From a virus (lineage: Duplodnaviria; Caudoviricetes): a stretch of 55,838 nt of DNA. The stretch is from positions 1 through 55,838 of the IMG/VR virus record IMGVR_UViG_3300030329_002466. One strand, written 5' to 3'. The position numbers and the translations under genes were made by a program. Positions 11,301 to 19,953 of the stretch are shown piece after piece (position 1 is the first letter of the stretch; the number at the start of each line of letters is the position of its first letter). The notes beneath the pieces were generated by a model, which saw only the letters and a program-made list of their open reading frames with translations, was not told the DNA's origin and made no database searches.

Positions 11301-13046
11301 GCTTGTACTTACGACAGCACTACAGCACAAGTTTTCATAGATGGTAAATTGTCTGCACAAGGTGACATAAATAAAACAATGGACAACACAGATGACCGAA
11401 TTATTAATGTTGGAGCAAACGTAGGAACTTATGATAATGAATTTTTAGGAGCTATGGATGACATTAGAATATGGGATGATGTAAGAACTCCAACAGAAAT
11501 TAGAAGCAATATGTTTAATGAAGTATCTACAGGTGATGGTTTAGTTCAATATTGGAAATTTAACGAAGGCACAGGAGATACTGCTAATGCTACCGTTGGT
11601 ACTAGTTTGAATGCGAGAGTGGGTGGCAATTCAGCATCTTCACAGAGTGCAAGTCTATGGGCAGGAGCAGGAACATTTACTCGTGCGGATGACTCATCAG
11701 TTCCATCAACTTTAAAAATGACTGGAGCTGGAAAATCACTTAATTATTTATCAGGAGAAGAACTAGGTCATTTACTTATTGATAATTCTAGCGGTACAGT
11801 TACAGCCAGTGTATTAACTGGTACAAATAATCTTACTGTTTCATCTTTAACGATAAACGACAGCAGTGCGTCATTTACTGCACCGTCAGGTACACTTACA
11901 ATTGATAACAAGGTTGGCGACTATGCATATGATAACGATGGAGCATTCGTTCATAGTAGCGGAACAATGTCTATAACTACATCAGGAACTTCCCGTATAG
12001 ACTCAAATGGTACATCGGGAAATATTAATAATTTAATTTATAACAGTTCAGGCAATACGCTCGAAACACATACTGCTACGACTCTTGATGGAAACCTTAC
12101 AATAACAGCGGGAACTATTGATACATTAAGCAGTGATAATCTTGCACTTACTGTAGCAGGAGAGTTATATATGGGTGGTGGAACATTAAATTGTAATGCT
12201 TCAGATGTAATTGTAAGAAACATTTACGGACACGCTGGAACTTTGTCAGCACCGTCAAATTCAAGTACAAATGGTTTAGAAATTACAGGAAAACAACCGG
12301 GTGGAGGCTTAAATAACAGTAATTATTCTATATATTTTGTTGGTACTACATTAACAAATAATGATGGTCTTATAGTTTTATCAGCCGATGAGAACACTTT
12401 CATAAGAATGCCACAAACTTTAGCTAATTTTAAAATAAGAAATGACGGCAGTTCAACAACTAGAGTTCACGAATTTACAATGAATTTTGCTTGTGACCAT
12501 AATTTAACTTTAGAAAATGGTTCGTTTCAATCATATGGGGCAACTCAAACTTTAACAATAGGTGATGATGTTTTACTTACAAAAGGAACACTTGGTAGAA
12601 CTTCAAATACCGCAGATTATTCATTCCAAAGTCTTACATTAGCAGCTAACGGAATATTTATAGCACCAAGCGGAACTACTACTCTGACTGGTGAAGCAGC
12701 AGGATATGTATTAGATAACGGTGGAACATTTACACACAATAATGGAACCGTAAAAATTACTTGTGCAACACAAACATCCGCTCGAGGATTGAGTGGAACT
12801 AGCGGTCTTTACAATTTAACTTATGCAGGCTCTGGAACTAATGAGGATTTAGTTTTAGGTGCTAATACAGACTTTTATGGTCAATTTATTATTGATAGTG
12901 CTAATTCAGCAGTTCAAGCCCAAGGGCATACGTTTAATTATTATGGTCCTGTAATTATCAAACAAGGTAAATGGGAAATAGGAAGCACTACTCAAAATTG
13001 TTATAGTGGAGTTAGAAATATAGGAGGGTCAGTAGACATAACATAG
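8304..13046 (+). CDS. Giant adhesin/spike protein 2 with 3 LamG domains
   Basis: Three units of DG..D / W..WHH / Y.DG / G.I.D.R; paralogous to the next gene; TAATG-coupled to the previous gene. Confidence 0.8.
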   Translation: MATIEFNGTGGLMEGDFGTNNINVNLDAALELDGSADYLKNSTADFRTDDTAGFITAWVRSDDWNRGTQQHWFSATDEATGNYYIRTFFNTDGKLYIKCMDSSVVYDLKSTNAVTDDGNWHHIAVGSTGTAIKMYIDGIEETVVVASGSNNGDWFGDMTDSKLDHVVVGALHDNAGVRSMFDGYIADVRYYSDTLTDAEVLKLSSKINATTSDIDNLQHWWKLNSTTIDSSNLGEDFGDATDLDLTPTSIVASNIHTDEYYVDVQDNSTTTDGTFTVTQGRVECKALTSGLFDGTDDFVNPGNALQSQLRTSHTFAAWIKLDDGDPAANNTIFGAFNGGNDRILFYIGTDAKLTYLYQADGTSKYAQAASASFVDGANPWHHVVATMSYTDSSNAVMKLYLDGVELALGSSNNGLFSGNMGDYTSSTAVHLGAENNNGSNNWEFDGNARDFRFYDYALSADQVASYYSNTFPVTPLHRWKMDEGSDNLYVDGFPDGDTGTGADNFDSGTAGSAHGYNQNGATYTNGTLELDGKLTIGSSGDSSVKATVSAPRGILHLKHDLQSFGTLIHNNGTFKLDNHSSMHTYNALGGGNQRELTFYNVTMEGTHGDGYRISAPITIEKDWIINNTRTSVSNNAGGGHNSGVVVTIGKSTATTVAEGGSITINSGKELETYTYANTHSCTYQGASTIFPAVFTNNGTFEETLGSLLETTPEVKFGNMKFATNFATRPEDGQAGGGSKITLIGDCEFEAFTLTVGDDTLDINGQRCQINGDMTCATSSSLDWEDSLVIIKGHVDLNGVITTANSGTQIIHDTASEKNWRSLYADAGVFMSNGSQTTLTGYGWTSSGNEVTTIIPAATINTNNVNINTTNMTIPTGGTFQGQAQTLTCAGDFTTSGGLLGASCLDINASTSSQEHYSTVSAVAVGTNAAWTIEGWIKRDNGSTGNSVFVELRVDGSNANRVFVNVDTDDIQFLVWSNGGSGGEIATVGAGLNDGKWHHIACTYDSTTAQVFIDGKLSAQGDINKTMDNTDDRIINVGANVGTYDNEFLGAMDDIRIWDDVRTPTEIRSNMFNEVSTGDGLVQYWKFNEGTGDTANATVGTSLNARVGGNSASSQSASLWAGAGTFTRADDSSVPSTLKMTGAGKSLNYLSGEELGHLLIDNSSGTVTASVLTGTNNLTVSSLTINDSSASFTAPSGTLTIDNKVGDYAYDNDGAFVHSSGTMSITTSGTSRIDSNGTSGNINNLIYNSSGNTLETHTATTLDGNLTITAGTIDTLSSDNLALTVAGELYMGGGTLNCNASDVIVRNIYGHAGTLSAPSNSSTNGLEITGKQPGGGLNNSNYSIYFVGTTLTNNDGLIVLSADENTFIRMPQTLANFKIRNDGSSTTRVHEFTMNFACDHNLTLENGSFQSYGATQTLTIGDDVLLTKGTLGRTSNTADYSFQSLTLAANGIFIAPSGTTTLTGEAAGYVLDNGGTFTHNNGTVKITCATQTSARGLSGTSGLYNLTYAGSGTNEDLVLGANTDFYGQFIIDSANSAVQAQGHTFNYYGPVIIKQGKWEIGSTTQNCYSGVRNIGGSVDIT
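9091..9170 (+). repeat. Conserved linker A, copy 1 (copy 2 starts at 13753)
   Basis: 31 nt identical (atgttcaggacaacagcacaacgacagatgg) at 9091-9121 and 13753-13783, within about 80 nt of high similarity. Confidence 0.9.
10971..11015 (+). repeat. Conserved linker B, copy 1 (copy 2 at 15495-15539)
   Basis: 45 nt with 1 mismatch, encoding GDFTTSGGLLGASCL directly before a LamG domain. Confidence 0.9.
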
Positions 13047-16000
13047 ATGGCAGGAATCGAATTAAAAGGCACGGGCGGAATAATAGAAGGAAATCTTGGA
13101 GCAGCAAACGTTAATGTAAATCTTGACAGTTCTTTACAGTTTGATGGTTCTGATGATAAAATAGATGTTGGCGATGTTACTGTATTAGATGGCGATGGCT
13201 CAATCACAGTTGCAGCTTGGGTAAATTTTGATTCAGATAGTAGTGATGACCAACGGTTTGTATGGAAAACTGATGCTTTTGGTTTAGGTTATTTTAGTGG
13301 CCAACTTAGAGGTTACATTTATTACAGTGGAGGGGATTCTAATGCACAAGCTTCACACACAGTTAAAGGAGAAGGTTGGAAGCACGTTGCTATGACTTAC
13401 GATGGAACTACATTAAGGTTATACATAAATGGAAATGAAGCTGCTACAACTTCAATATCGTCAAAAACAATTAGTAACACTTCTAACAATTTAAGATTAG
13501 GAGGCACAGGCACTAGTTCTGAACATTTAAAAGGCAAACTTGCAGATGTGAGACTTTACAGTTCTACACTTACAGATGCAGAAATTAAAACACTTGCTTC
13601 TAAAATAAATATTGCTAATGAATCTGTACAATCTACTAGCACGTTAGTTGGCTGGTGGAAATTAAATAACAACAGTATTACAGATAGTTCTACTAATTCT
13701 AACAATGGCACAGCTACAGGGACAACACAAGTTTACGATGCCTTTAGTGTAAATGTTCAGGACAACAGCACAACGACAGATGGAAACTTTACAGTAACAC
13801 AAGGAAAGGTAGAGGGTTTGGCTTTGTCATGTTTGACATTAGATGGTACTGGAGATAACGTAGGATGTGGAACAAGCAGTAATATTATATCAGATTTTGA
13901 CGGTGGTGATTTTACTGTATCGGCTTGGTTTAATCCCGATAGCACAACTAAAATGTGTATATTTTCGTGTGGTGATGATGACAATGACCATCTCCAAGTG
14001 TTAAGTAAAGATAATGATATATTTTATTCGCACGAAATTGATGGCACATTAGTTAGAGAGCAATTTGCTACAGGTGCTTTAGTCACAACAGATAAATGGC
14101 ATCACATAACAGTTACTAAAACAGGTTCAACTTTTAAATTTTATTTGAATGGAGTACAGTTAACGGGAGCAACATCTCAAAGTTCAACAGCAGGACAGCA
14201 CGGAGGCAATTTTGAAATTGGAGATAATTTTAATGACGATTTCTTTGATGGGACTATTCGAGATGTTAGAGTTTATGATGGCGTTACTTTATCTGAAGAA
14301 CAAGTAGCTTCACTATATTCTAACACTTTTGTTGTAACTCCAACACATATGTGGAAGATGGATGAAGGCACTGGCCAAAACCCAAATGATACTGGAACTG
14401 GTACTACAAGAAATGGAACTGGCACTGGTAACGCAGATTTAATTAGTGGTAACGGCACTCTTGACCTTGACGGAACACTTACGGTAGACGCTACTGGATT
14501 TTTGTCAGCACCAAGAGGTGATTTAGAGTTAGCAGCAACTACATCCTTCGCACAATCATCTGCGTCAGATACTAATGATACGTTTATTCATAATAATGGC
14601 AGAGTAGTTTTAACTAATTCAGGAACAGTAACATATAATTTTAGTAGCGATAACGCAGGTTCAGACAATCCGTTATATGACCTTCAAAATCAAGCAAGTG
14701 GTCAAGTAAGATTTGGAAATGGTTTTATTATAGAAAATAGTCATTCTCGTTCAGGTGGTAATAATTATAATTATTTAACTGGAGGAAGGCAATACAATTA
14801 TGGAACTACAAGCAGTCCCGCAGCTATAACTGCTCAACTTCGAGTTGCATTATCTGGTGGTGATAATATAGCCCATATATATGGTGTGAGTTCACTTCAT
14901 CCTGTTACGATGGATAATTGGGATGACCTTCCTATGACTTATGATGTATCTCTTAAAAATATAAATGTTACAACTGATGTTACAACTAATGTTATTCCTT
15001 CAGGTAGAAAAGTTATATTAGATGGAGATTGTGAGTTCGATGCCTTTACAGTAGAGGCTGGAGGCACTTTAGATTTGAATGGACAGAGGGCTGAAGCATC
15101 AGGTAATTTAAGAATAGAGTCTGGAGGAGCTATGAAATCTACAGGAGGAGGTCTAATTGTAGGGGCTGCTGATGTAAAGATTTTAGGTTCTGCGGAAGGT
15201 ATGCACGATGGTGATGTAAATATGATTGTAAGTGGAGGCACTCACGATTGGAGAAATGGTGCAGCAGATGGAGCAGCACCTTGGTGTAGAACAGTCCTTG
15301 TTAATGGTAATGTAACTCACCAAGACCAATTAGGTCCAAGTTCAGGAAGTTCAATTTATAATCCAGAAAGCGTTATTGTAGGAAACGGAAAATTAACTCA
15401 ATCAGGTGGTCACGCATACTTAAAAGATTTAACAATAGCCACAGGAGGAGATTTGGAAATGACTCACGGTAGTAGCAAGACGATAGACTTGTATGGAGAT
15501 TTTACTACCAGTGGTGGTCTGCTTGGCGCAAGTTGTTTAAAGTTTGATGGAAGTAATGATACAGTTACTATTCCAATAAGTGCTTCTCAAAATGACCACA
15601 TCAAAGGAGCTTTTGCTGACGGCATATTTACAGTAGAAGGTTGGATAAAAATGGAATCTGATTTTGCTGGTGGAAATTGGGTTATGAAAAATCAAGAGTT
15701 TGCAGTTGACATAGCAAGAGATAGTGCAACTCAGTGGGCTTTGGCAGATGGAGGTTCTTGGAATTTTGGTGCTAATCCTTTTACAATGCCTAATTTAGAA
15801 GACGGTAAATGGCATCATTTAGCATTTTGCAGAAGATATACAGGTTCACAGGCTTATTATGATATTTATGTAGATGGTAAATTAGAGACGGTCCATACGA
15901 TGCCAGCAGATAGTGCAACGTGGACAGCAAATGATGATGATTTGTATATAGGCTCGTATAACGGAAGTAGTAGTTTTCTTGGTGAAGGTGCTGACGACAC

Positions 16001-17744
16001 TTTTGTAGAAAATATCCGTATATGGGGAACAACGAGAACGGCAGCTCAGATAAGAGCAGATATGTTTAATTCAACACCAACGTCAAGTGCATCTGATTGC
16101 ATAGCTAATTTTACATTTAATGAGGGAACTGGAACTGCAATAACGGCATCCGACCCTAACAATGCATCAAGCAACGAAACCGCAGGAACTTGGAATGGAA
16201 GTTGGGCAGGAGCAGGAACATTCACTTATAGCACTTCTACGCTTGTCATGGCTAAAGCTGGAACTCAGACTATTTCTTGTTTACATTCTGAGGATATTTA
16301 CAATCTTACAATTAATGATGGCTCTACAACTCAATTATTTACACCAAACCTTACTTCAGGAATATTAGATATATTTGGAAACTTAACAGTTCATGGAATA
16401 TTTAATAATCATTCAAGTTCATCGTCTGGTAGAACTCGAATGAAAGCAGCTAAGAAAATATATGTTCCTCAAGCGTTAGAATTTAATGGTTCTAATCAAT
16501 ATATTAATTTAGGAAACGAACTTGATTATGAAGATAACATTACAGTTAGTGGTTGGATGAGAAGACACAATGATGTCCCTACTGAAATTGTTATGTTCCA
16601 TAATGGAGGTGGAGAAGTAGATGCTTCTTTAATTCAAACAAGAAGTACATCTGGAATAAGAGCAGCTCATAATTATCAAGGGACTTATTACCTTATAGAT
16701 TATACAACTGGTAGTCCAATAAAAGCACATGAATGGAATCATGTAGCTATAGTATTTGATAAAGACGGAAGTAGCAATGCAGATAAATTTAAATTATATA
16801 TTAACGGAACTAGCGTAGGAAGTGTTACTACAGGAAGTGCAGGTCGAGATGCAGATAGTGCAAGAATAGGAACTTATGCTTACAATTTAGAAAAATATTG
16901 GAATGGAGAGTTAGCAGATATTAGGGTATATAATGCATCATTATCAGCATCAGAAATTACAACATTAGCAACTCAAATAGTTCCTAATCAAGCACGAACT
17001 GCAAATCTTGTAGGACATTGGAAATTAGACGAAACTTCAGGAACTACTGCAACAGATAGTGGAACAGGAGGAAACAACGGCACTCATGTTAATACTCCGA
17101 CTCACGTTGGTAATAGGACAACTGCATTAGCAAATATGGCTCAAATGGTTTTTGATTTTAATGGAAATATACATATACCTGAATTAACTACACCTAAATT
17201 AATTTTAGAAACAAATTCAAATTCAGGCATAATTGCAACAGGAGACCTTACAATTAACGCAGAAATAGAAGTAAACGCTACAACATCCTTCACTGGTAAT
17301 GGTAATACAATAGATGTAGATATTTTAGATGTAAATGGTGGAACTTTAGATATGAGAGATTCTGATTTTACTATACAAAGCGGTGGTGCTGTTGCTTGGC
17401 ATGATACAAGCTCTACAATATTATCAGGAAATACAACACTTACAGGATATTCCAAAGCTAATAAAGCAGATACTTATGTTCCATCAGCAGGTAATTATGA
17501 AATAGTTGGAAATGTTAAATGGTTAAAATTAGACGCAGGAGCTACAGATGATTATGACCTTACAGTAATTGGTTCTGTAATAGATTGTGAAATACCTCAA
17601 GATGCGGTAAAAGCTAATATAAGACAATTTCATCACGCCTTAGACACTCAACAGTTATTGGATGCAGATGAAGAAGGAGATGATGATGTGAAATTACCAA
17701 AACCATCACTTGATAATGCACATGAATTACAATTAGGAGGCTAG
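13047..17744 (+). CDS. Giant adhesin/spike protein 3 with 4 LamG domains
   Basis: Four LamG units; N-terminus MAGIELKGTGGIIEG matches MATIEFNGTGGLMEG of the previous gene. Confidence 0.8.
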   Translation: MAGIELKGTGGIIEGNLGAANVNVNLDSSLQFDGSDDKIDVGDVTVLDGDGSITVAAWVNFDSDSSDDQRFVWKTDAFGLGYFSGQLRGYIYYSGGDSNAQASHTVKGEGWKHVAMTYDGTTLRLYINGNEAATTSISSKTISNTSNNLRLGGTGTSSEHLKGKLADVRLYSSTLTDAEIKTLASKINIANESVQSTSTLVGWWKLNNNSITDSSTNSNNGTATGTTQVYDAFSVNVQDNSTTTDGNFTVTQGKVEGLALSCLTLDGTGDNVGCGTSSNIISDFDGGDFTVSAWFNPDSTTKMCIFSCGDDDNDHLQVLSKDNDIFYSHEIDGTLVREQFATGALVTTDKWHHITVTKTGSTFKFYLNGVQLTGATSQSSTAGQHGGNFEIGDNFNDDFFDGTIRDVRVYDGVTLSEEQVASLYSNTFVVTPTHMWKMDEGTGQNPNDTGTGTTRNGTGTGNADLISGNGTLDLDGTLTVDATGFLSAPRGDLELAATTSFAQSSASDTNDTFIHNNGRVVLTNSGTVTYNFSSDNAGSDNPLYDLQNQASGQVRFGNGFIIENSHSRSGGNNYNYLTGGRQYNYGTTSSPAAITAQLRVALSGGDNIAHIYGVSSLHPVTMDNWDDLPMTYDVSLKNINVTTDVTTNVIPSGRKVILDGDCEFDAFTVEAGGTLDLNGQRAEASGNLRIESGGAMKSTGGGLIVGAADVKILGSAEGMHDGDVNMIVSGGTHDWRNGAADGAAPWCRTVLVNGNVTHQDQLGPSSGSSIYNPESVIVGNGKLTQSGGHAYLKDLTIATGGDLEMTHGSSKTIDLYGDFTTSGGLLGASCLKFDGSNDTVTIPISASQNDHIKGAFADGIFTVEGWIKMESDFAGGNWVMKNQEFAVDIARDSATQWALADGGSWNFGANPFTMPNLEDGKWHHLAFCRRYTGSQAYYDIYVDGKLETVHTMPADSATWTANDDDLYIGSYNGSSSFLGEGADDTFVENIRIWGTTRTAAQIRADMFNSTPTSSASDCIANFTFNEGTGTAITASDPNNASSNETAGTWNGSWAGAGTFTYSTSTLVMAKAGTQTISCLHSEDIYNLTINDGSTTQLFTPNLTSGILDIFGNLTVHGIFNNHSSSSSGRTRMKAAKKIYVPQALEFNGSNQYINLGNELDYEDNITVSGWMRRHNDVPTEIVMFHNGGGEVDASLIQTRSTSGIRAAHNYQGTYYLIDYTTGSPIKAHEWNHVAIVFDKDGSSNADKFKLYINGTSVGSVTTGSAGRDADSARIGTYAYNLEKYWNGELADIRVYNASLSASEITTLATQIVPNQARTANLVGHWKLDETSGTTATDSGTGGNNGTHVNTPTHVGNRTTALANMAQMVFDFNGNIHIPELTTPKLILETNSNSGIIATGDLTINAEIEVNATTSFTGNGNTIDVDILDVNGGTLDMRDSDFTIQSGGAVAWHDTSSTILSGNTTLTGYSKANKADTYVPSAGNYEIVGNVKWLKLDAGATDDYDLTVIGSVIDCEIPQDAVKANIRQFHHALDTQQLLDADEEGDDDVKLPKPSLDNAHELQLGG

Positions 17745-17758
17745 AAAGCTTTAAATAG
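17744..17758 (+). promoter_or_regulatory. Archaeal BRE+TATA promoter (GAAAGCTTTAAATAG), probably leaderless transcript
   Basis: Consensus match ending about 20 nt before ATG 17779, which has no SD. Confidence 0.7.
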
Positions 17759-17778
17759 CACACTATACTAAGTTAAAT

Positions 17779-17988
17779 ATGGACGACTGGGAAAGAGAAG
17801 AACTATTAATTCGAATGGACGAAAGGATTAAAACTATCTATAATAGGATGGATAAGTTTGAAACTCTTTTCACAAACCATTTATCACACCACGAAATGTG
17901 GGAAAATGACATAAAAGCATCGCTACAACGTTGGTTAGCTGTTATAGTTACAGCGGCTGGTGGAGCAGGTGCAATGGGGATGATGTAA
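17779..17988 (+). CDS. Small coiled-coil protein with C-terminal hydrophobic helix (XhlA/holin-like)
   Basis: LIRMDERIK..NHLSHH followed by WLAVIVTAAGGAGAMG. Confidence 0.45.
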   Translation: MDDWEREELLIRMDERIKTIYNRMDKFETLFTNHLSHHEMWENDIKASLQRWLAVIVTAAGGAGAMGMM

Positions 17989-17989
17989 A

Positions 17990-18448
17990 ATGACAACATT
18001 AACGACAGCAACAAGAAGGACTCGCGTTAGATTATTAGCAGGTGTCGAAGCGGAAGAGATGAGCAATGACGATTTAGATGTTTTCATTACAATGGCAGAG
18101 GAATGGTTTAATGAACAGACTGGTCTTACCTTTGCTTTGAATACAGCAGATGCTTATAACAATGCCACTATATATTATGCTTGTTATTTAGTTTCTGTCG
18201 CTCAAAATGGTCTTGGAGTAGAATCTATGAGACTTGGTGACTTCTTTATTGAGTATGATACCGATAAAGGATATACTGAATTTGAAACAAAAGCTAGACA
18301 AGAAATAATGGCTAAGTTAGGATTAAGTATAAAAAGAAGCACTTACAATGCTGATTCTTCACTTGGTGACGTAGACTGGAAAAAGAATATAGATGGTAGT
18401 GACAGTACGCTCACTATGAAAACAAACCCTGCTAACACAAGGAATTAA
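17990..18448 (+). CDS. Head-tail adaptor (gp6/gp15-like)
   Basis: 152 aa helical; VRLLAG..DDLDVFITMAEEW..ATIYYACYL..SMRLGDFFIEY pattern; position in the neck module. Confidence 0.65.
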   Translation: MTTLTTATRRTRVRLLAGVEAEEMSNDDLDVFITMAEEWFNEQTGLTFALNTADAYNNATIYYACYLVSVAQNGLGVESMRLGDFFIEYDTDKGYTEFETKARQEIMAKLGLSIKRSTYNADSSLGDVDWKKNIDGSDSTLTMKTNPANTRN

Positions 18449-18450
18449 TT

Positions 18451-19377
18451 ATGGTTAAGATGGGTTCGATAAATATGGCAAAAGCCATACGTCGCATTGG
18501 ACATAGGAGCGGACAAGCTCGAAAAATGACTTTCTATCGTGACGCTATTGAATCCAAAGATGATTATGGAGTTGAAATTGACACAATTGCGGCAGGAAAT
18601 GAGGGTTTAACAATACCAAATATAGACGCTTTTATATCACCTATAACAACTTCTTCAGACGCTTTAACTCGTGCTGGACATACAGTAATGGGTAAAGCAA
18701 GTCTTTATATACCCTCTCTTTCAACTATAAAAAATAACATTTTAGGAATTAGTGATTCTGGAGTACATAATGCTAGACTTTCTTCTTTTAATGAATTAGA
18801 AAGTAAAGACATTCTTTATGATATGGAAAAAATAATTTTTTCTCAAGATTCAGCTAGTTCTGATGCTACTAATAGTGAAACTTACACTTTGACTGCTAAC
18901 ACTTCCTGTTTTGAAGGAGATAGGTTACAATTTAAAGTTACAGATGATGGTGGAACTAATAGAGTCACCACTGTAGTTCTTAATGCTAGCGGTGGTAAAA
19001 CATTAACATGGACATTTGATTCTAATACTAATTTTGACAATGCAAAATATCATATTATTGACTTACCATTGAGTGGAGTCTCTGCTAGTGATAAAGCATA
19101 CTATATATATGTGCCATCTAGCGGGGCGACTGGAATTCGTACAGCTACGGCAACTATAGGTAGTTCATTTGATATTACAGATATAGACGGTGAAACGAAT
19201 ACATTAACTAATGTTGTTATCACTTCTAATAGCACTGGAATGACTACAAAAGACTTACGTATATATAAAGCGGGTGAATGGCGCATTGATGAAATAAAAG
19301 AATATCGCGATGAATTTATGGAACTCCAATGTAGTAAAATACGAGGAGAGCGAGGTAGTCGCAGGAAGGCATACTAA
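18451..19377 (+). CDS. Head closure/stopper protein with inserted beta domain
   Basis: SKDDYG, GKASLYI and C-terminal GEWRIDEIK..MELQC resemble head-closure proteins; central Thr/Ser-rich insertion. Confidence 0.5.
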   Translation: MVKMGSINMAKAIRRIGHRSGQARKMTFYRDAIESKDDYGVEIDTIAAGNEGLTIPNIDAFISPITTSSDALTRAGHTVMGKASLYIPSLSTIKNNILGISDSGVHNARLSSFNELESKDILYDMEKIIFSQDSASSDATNSETYTLTANTSCFEGDRLQFKVTDDGGTNRVTTVVLNASGGKTLTWTFDSNTNFDNAKYHIIDLPLSGVSASDKAYYIYVPSSGATGIRTATATIGSSFDITDIDGETNTLTNVVITSNSTGMTTKDLRIYKAGEWRIDEIKEYRDEFMELQCSKIRGERGSRRKAY

Positions 19378-19952
19378 TGGCAGACAATAACAGGGACTAT
19401 TTAAATGTAATAGAAAGGAAAATAATAGATGAATTAAGAATATTTTTCAATACTGTGAATAGCAGTGCAAACGATGGAAAAGTCCATGTATCAGGACAGT
19501 TTCCAGAGACGGAAGAATTAAGCTTTCCTTCAGTTATAGTGCAACAAATTGGTAGTGGCTTTGAAGAACAATTTATTGGTGAAAAGGTAACATTCGGCGG
19601 TAATAAATATAGTGGAGAAATATATGGCATTGGTTTCCTTATACATATCTTTATAGATAAAGAAGCACAGCTAGACGTAGGCACTACTCCACAAGGCTCA
19701 TCTAAGTATAGGCAAAGGAGGTTGCTTAATTGGATGATGCTTAATATAGCCAATGTGCTTAATGATATAGATTGGGCTACAGAAGTTACATCTCAGCCTG
19801 CTGGGTTGAGCTATAATCCTAATTATGACGCTAGTGTAGATGTACAAGAGAGACATTTACAAGCTTGGAGAGATGTAGGTTATTCTACTTCTATGCAGTG
19901 GTGGGGAGCCAGTGCACAGTTTATGTTAACATTTTTGAATTACAGGAGTTAA
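19377..19952 (+). CDS. Tail terminator / tail completion protein
   Basis: GQFPE..FPSVIVQ..IHIF pattern and position before the tail-tube genes. Confidence 0.55.
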   Translation: MADNNRDYLNVIERKIIDELRIFFNTVNSSANDGKVHVSGQFPETEELSFPSVIVQQIGSGFEEQFIGEKVTFGGNKYSGEIYGIGFLIHIFIDKEAQLDVGTTPQGSSKYRQRRLLNWMMLNIANVLNDIDWATEVTSQPAGLSYNPNYDASVDVQERHLQAWRDVGYSTSMQWWGASAQFMLTFLNYRS

Positions 19953-19953
19953 T

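Noticed and set aside
5638-17570. Recurring GACCTTACA motif as a DNA-level repeat
   Set aside because: It encodes the DLT(I/V) turn of the beta-helix repeat, and GAC before C is explained by GATC avoidance.
5200-17744. Diversity-generating retroelement or invertase shufflon acting on the adhesins
   Set aside because: No reverse transcriptase or recombinase in the window; the repeats are direct and their differences are not adenine-specific.
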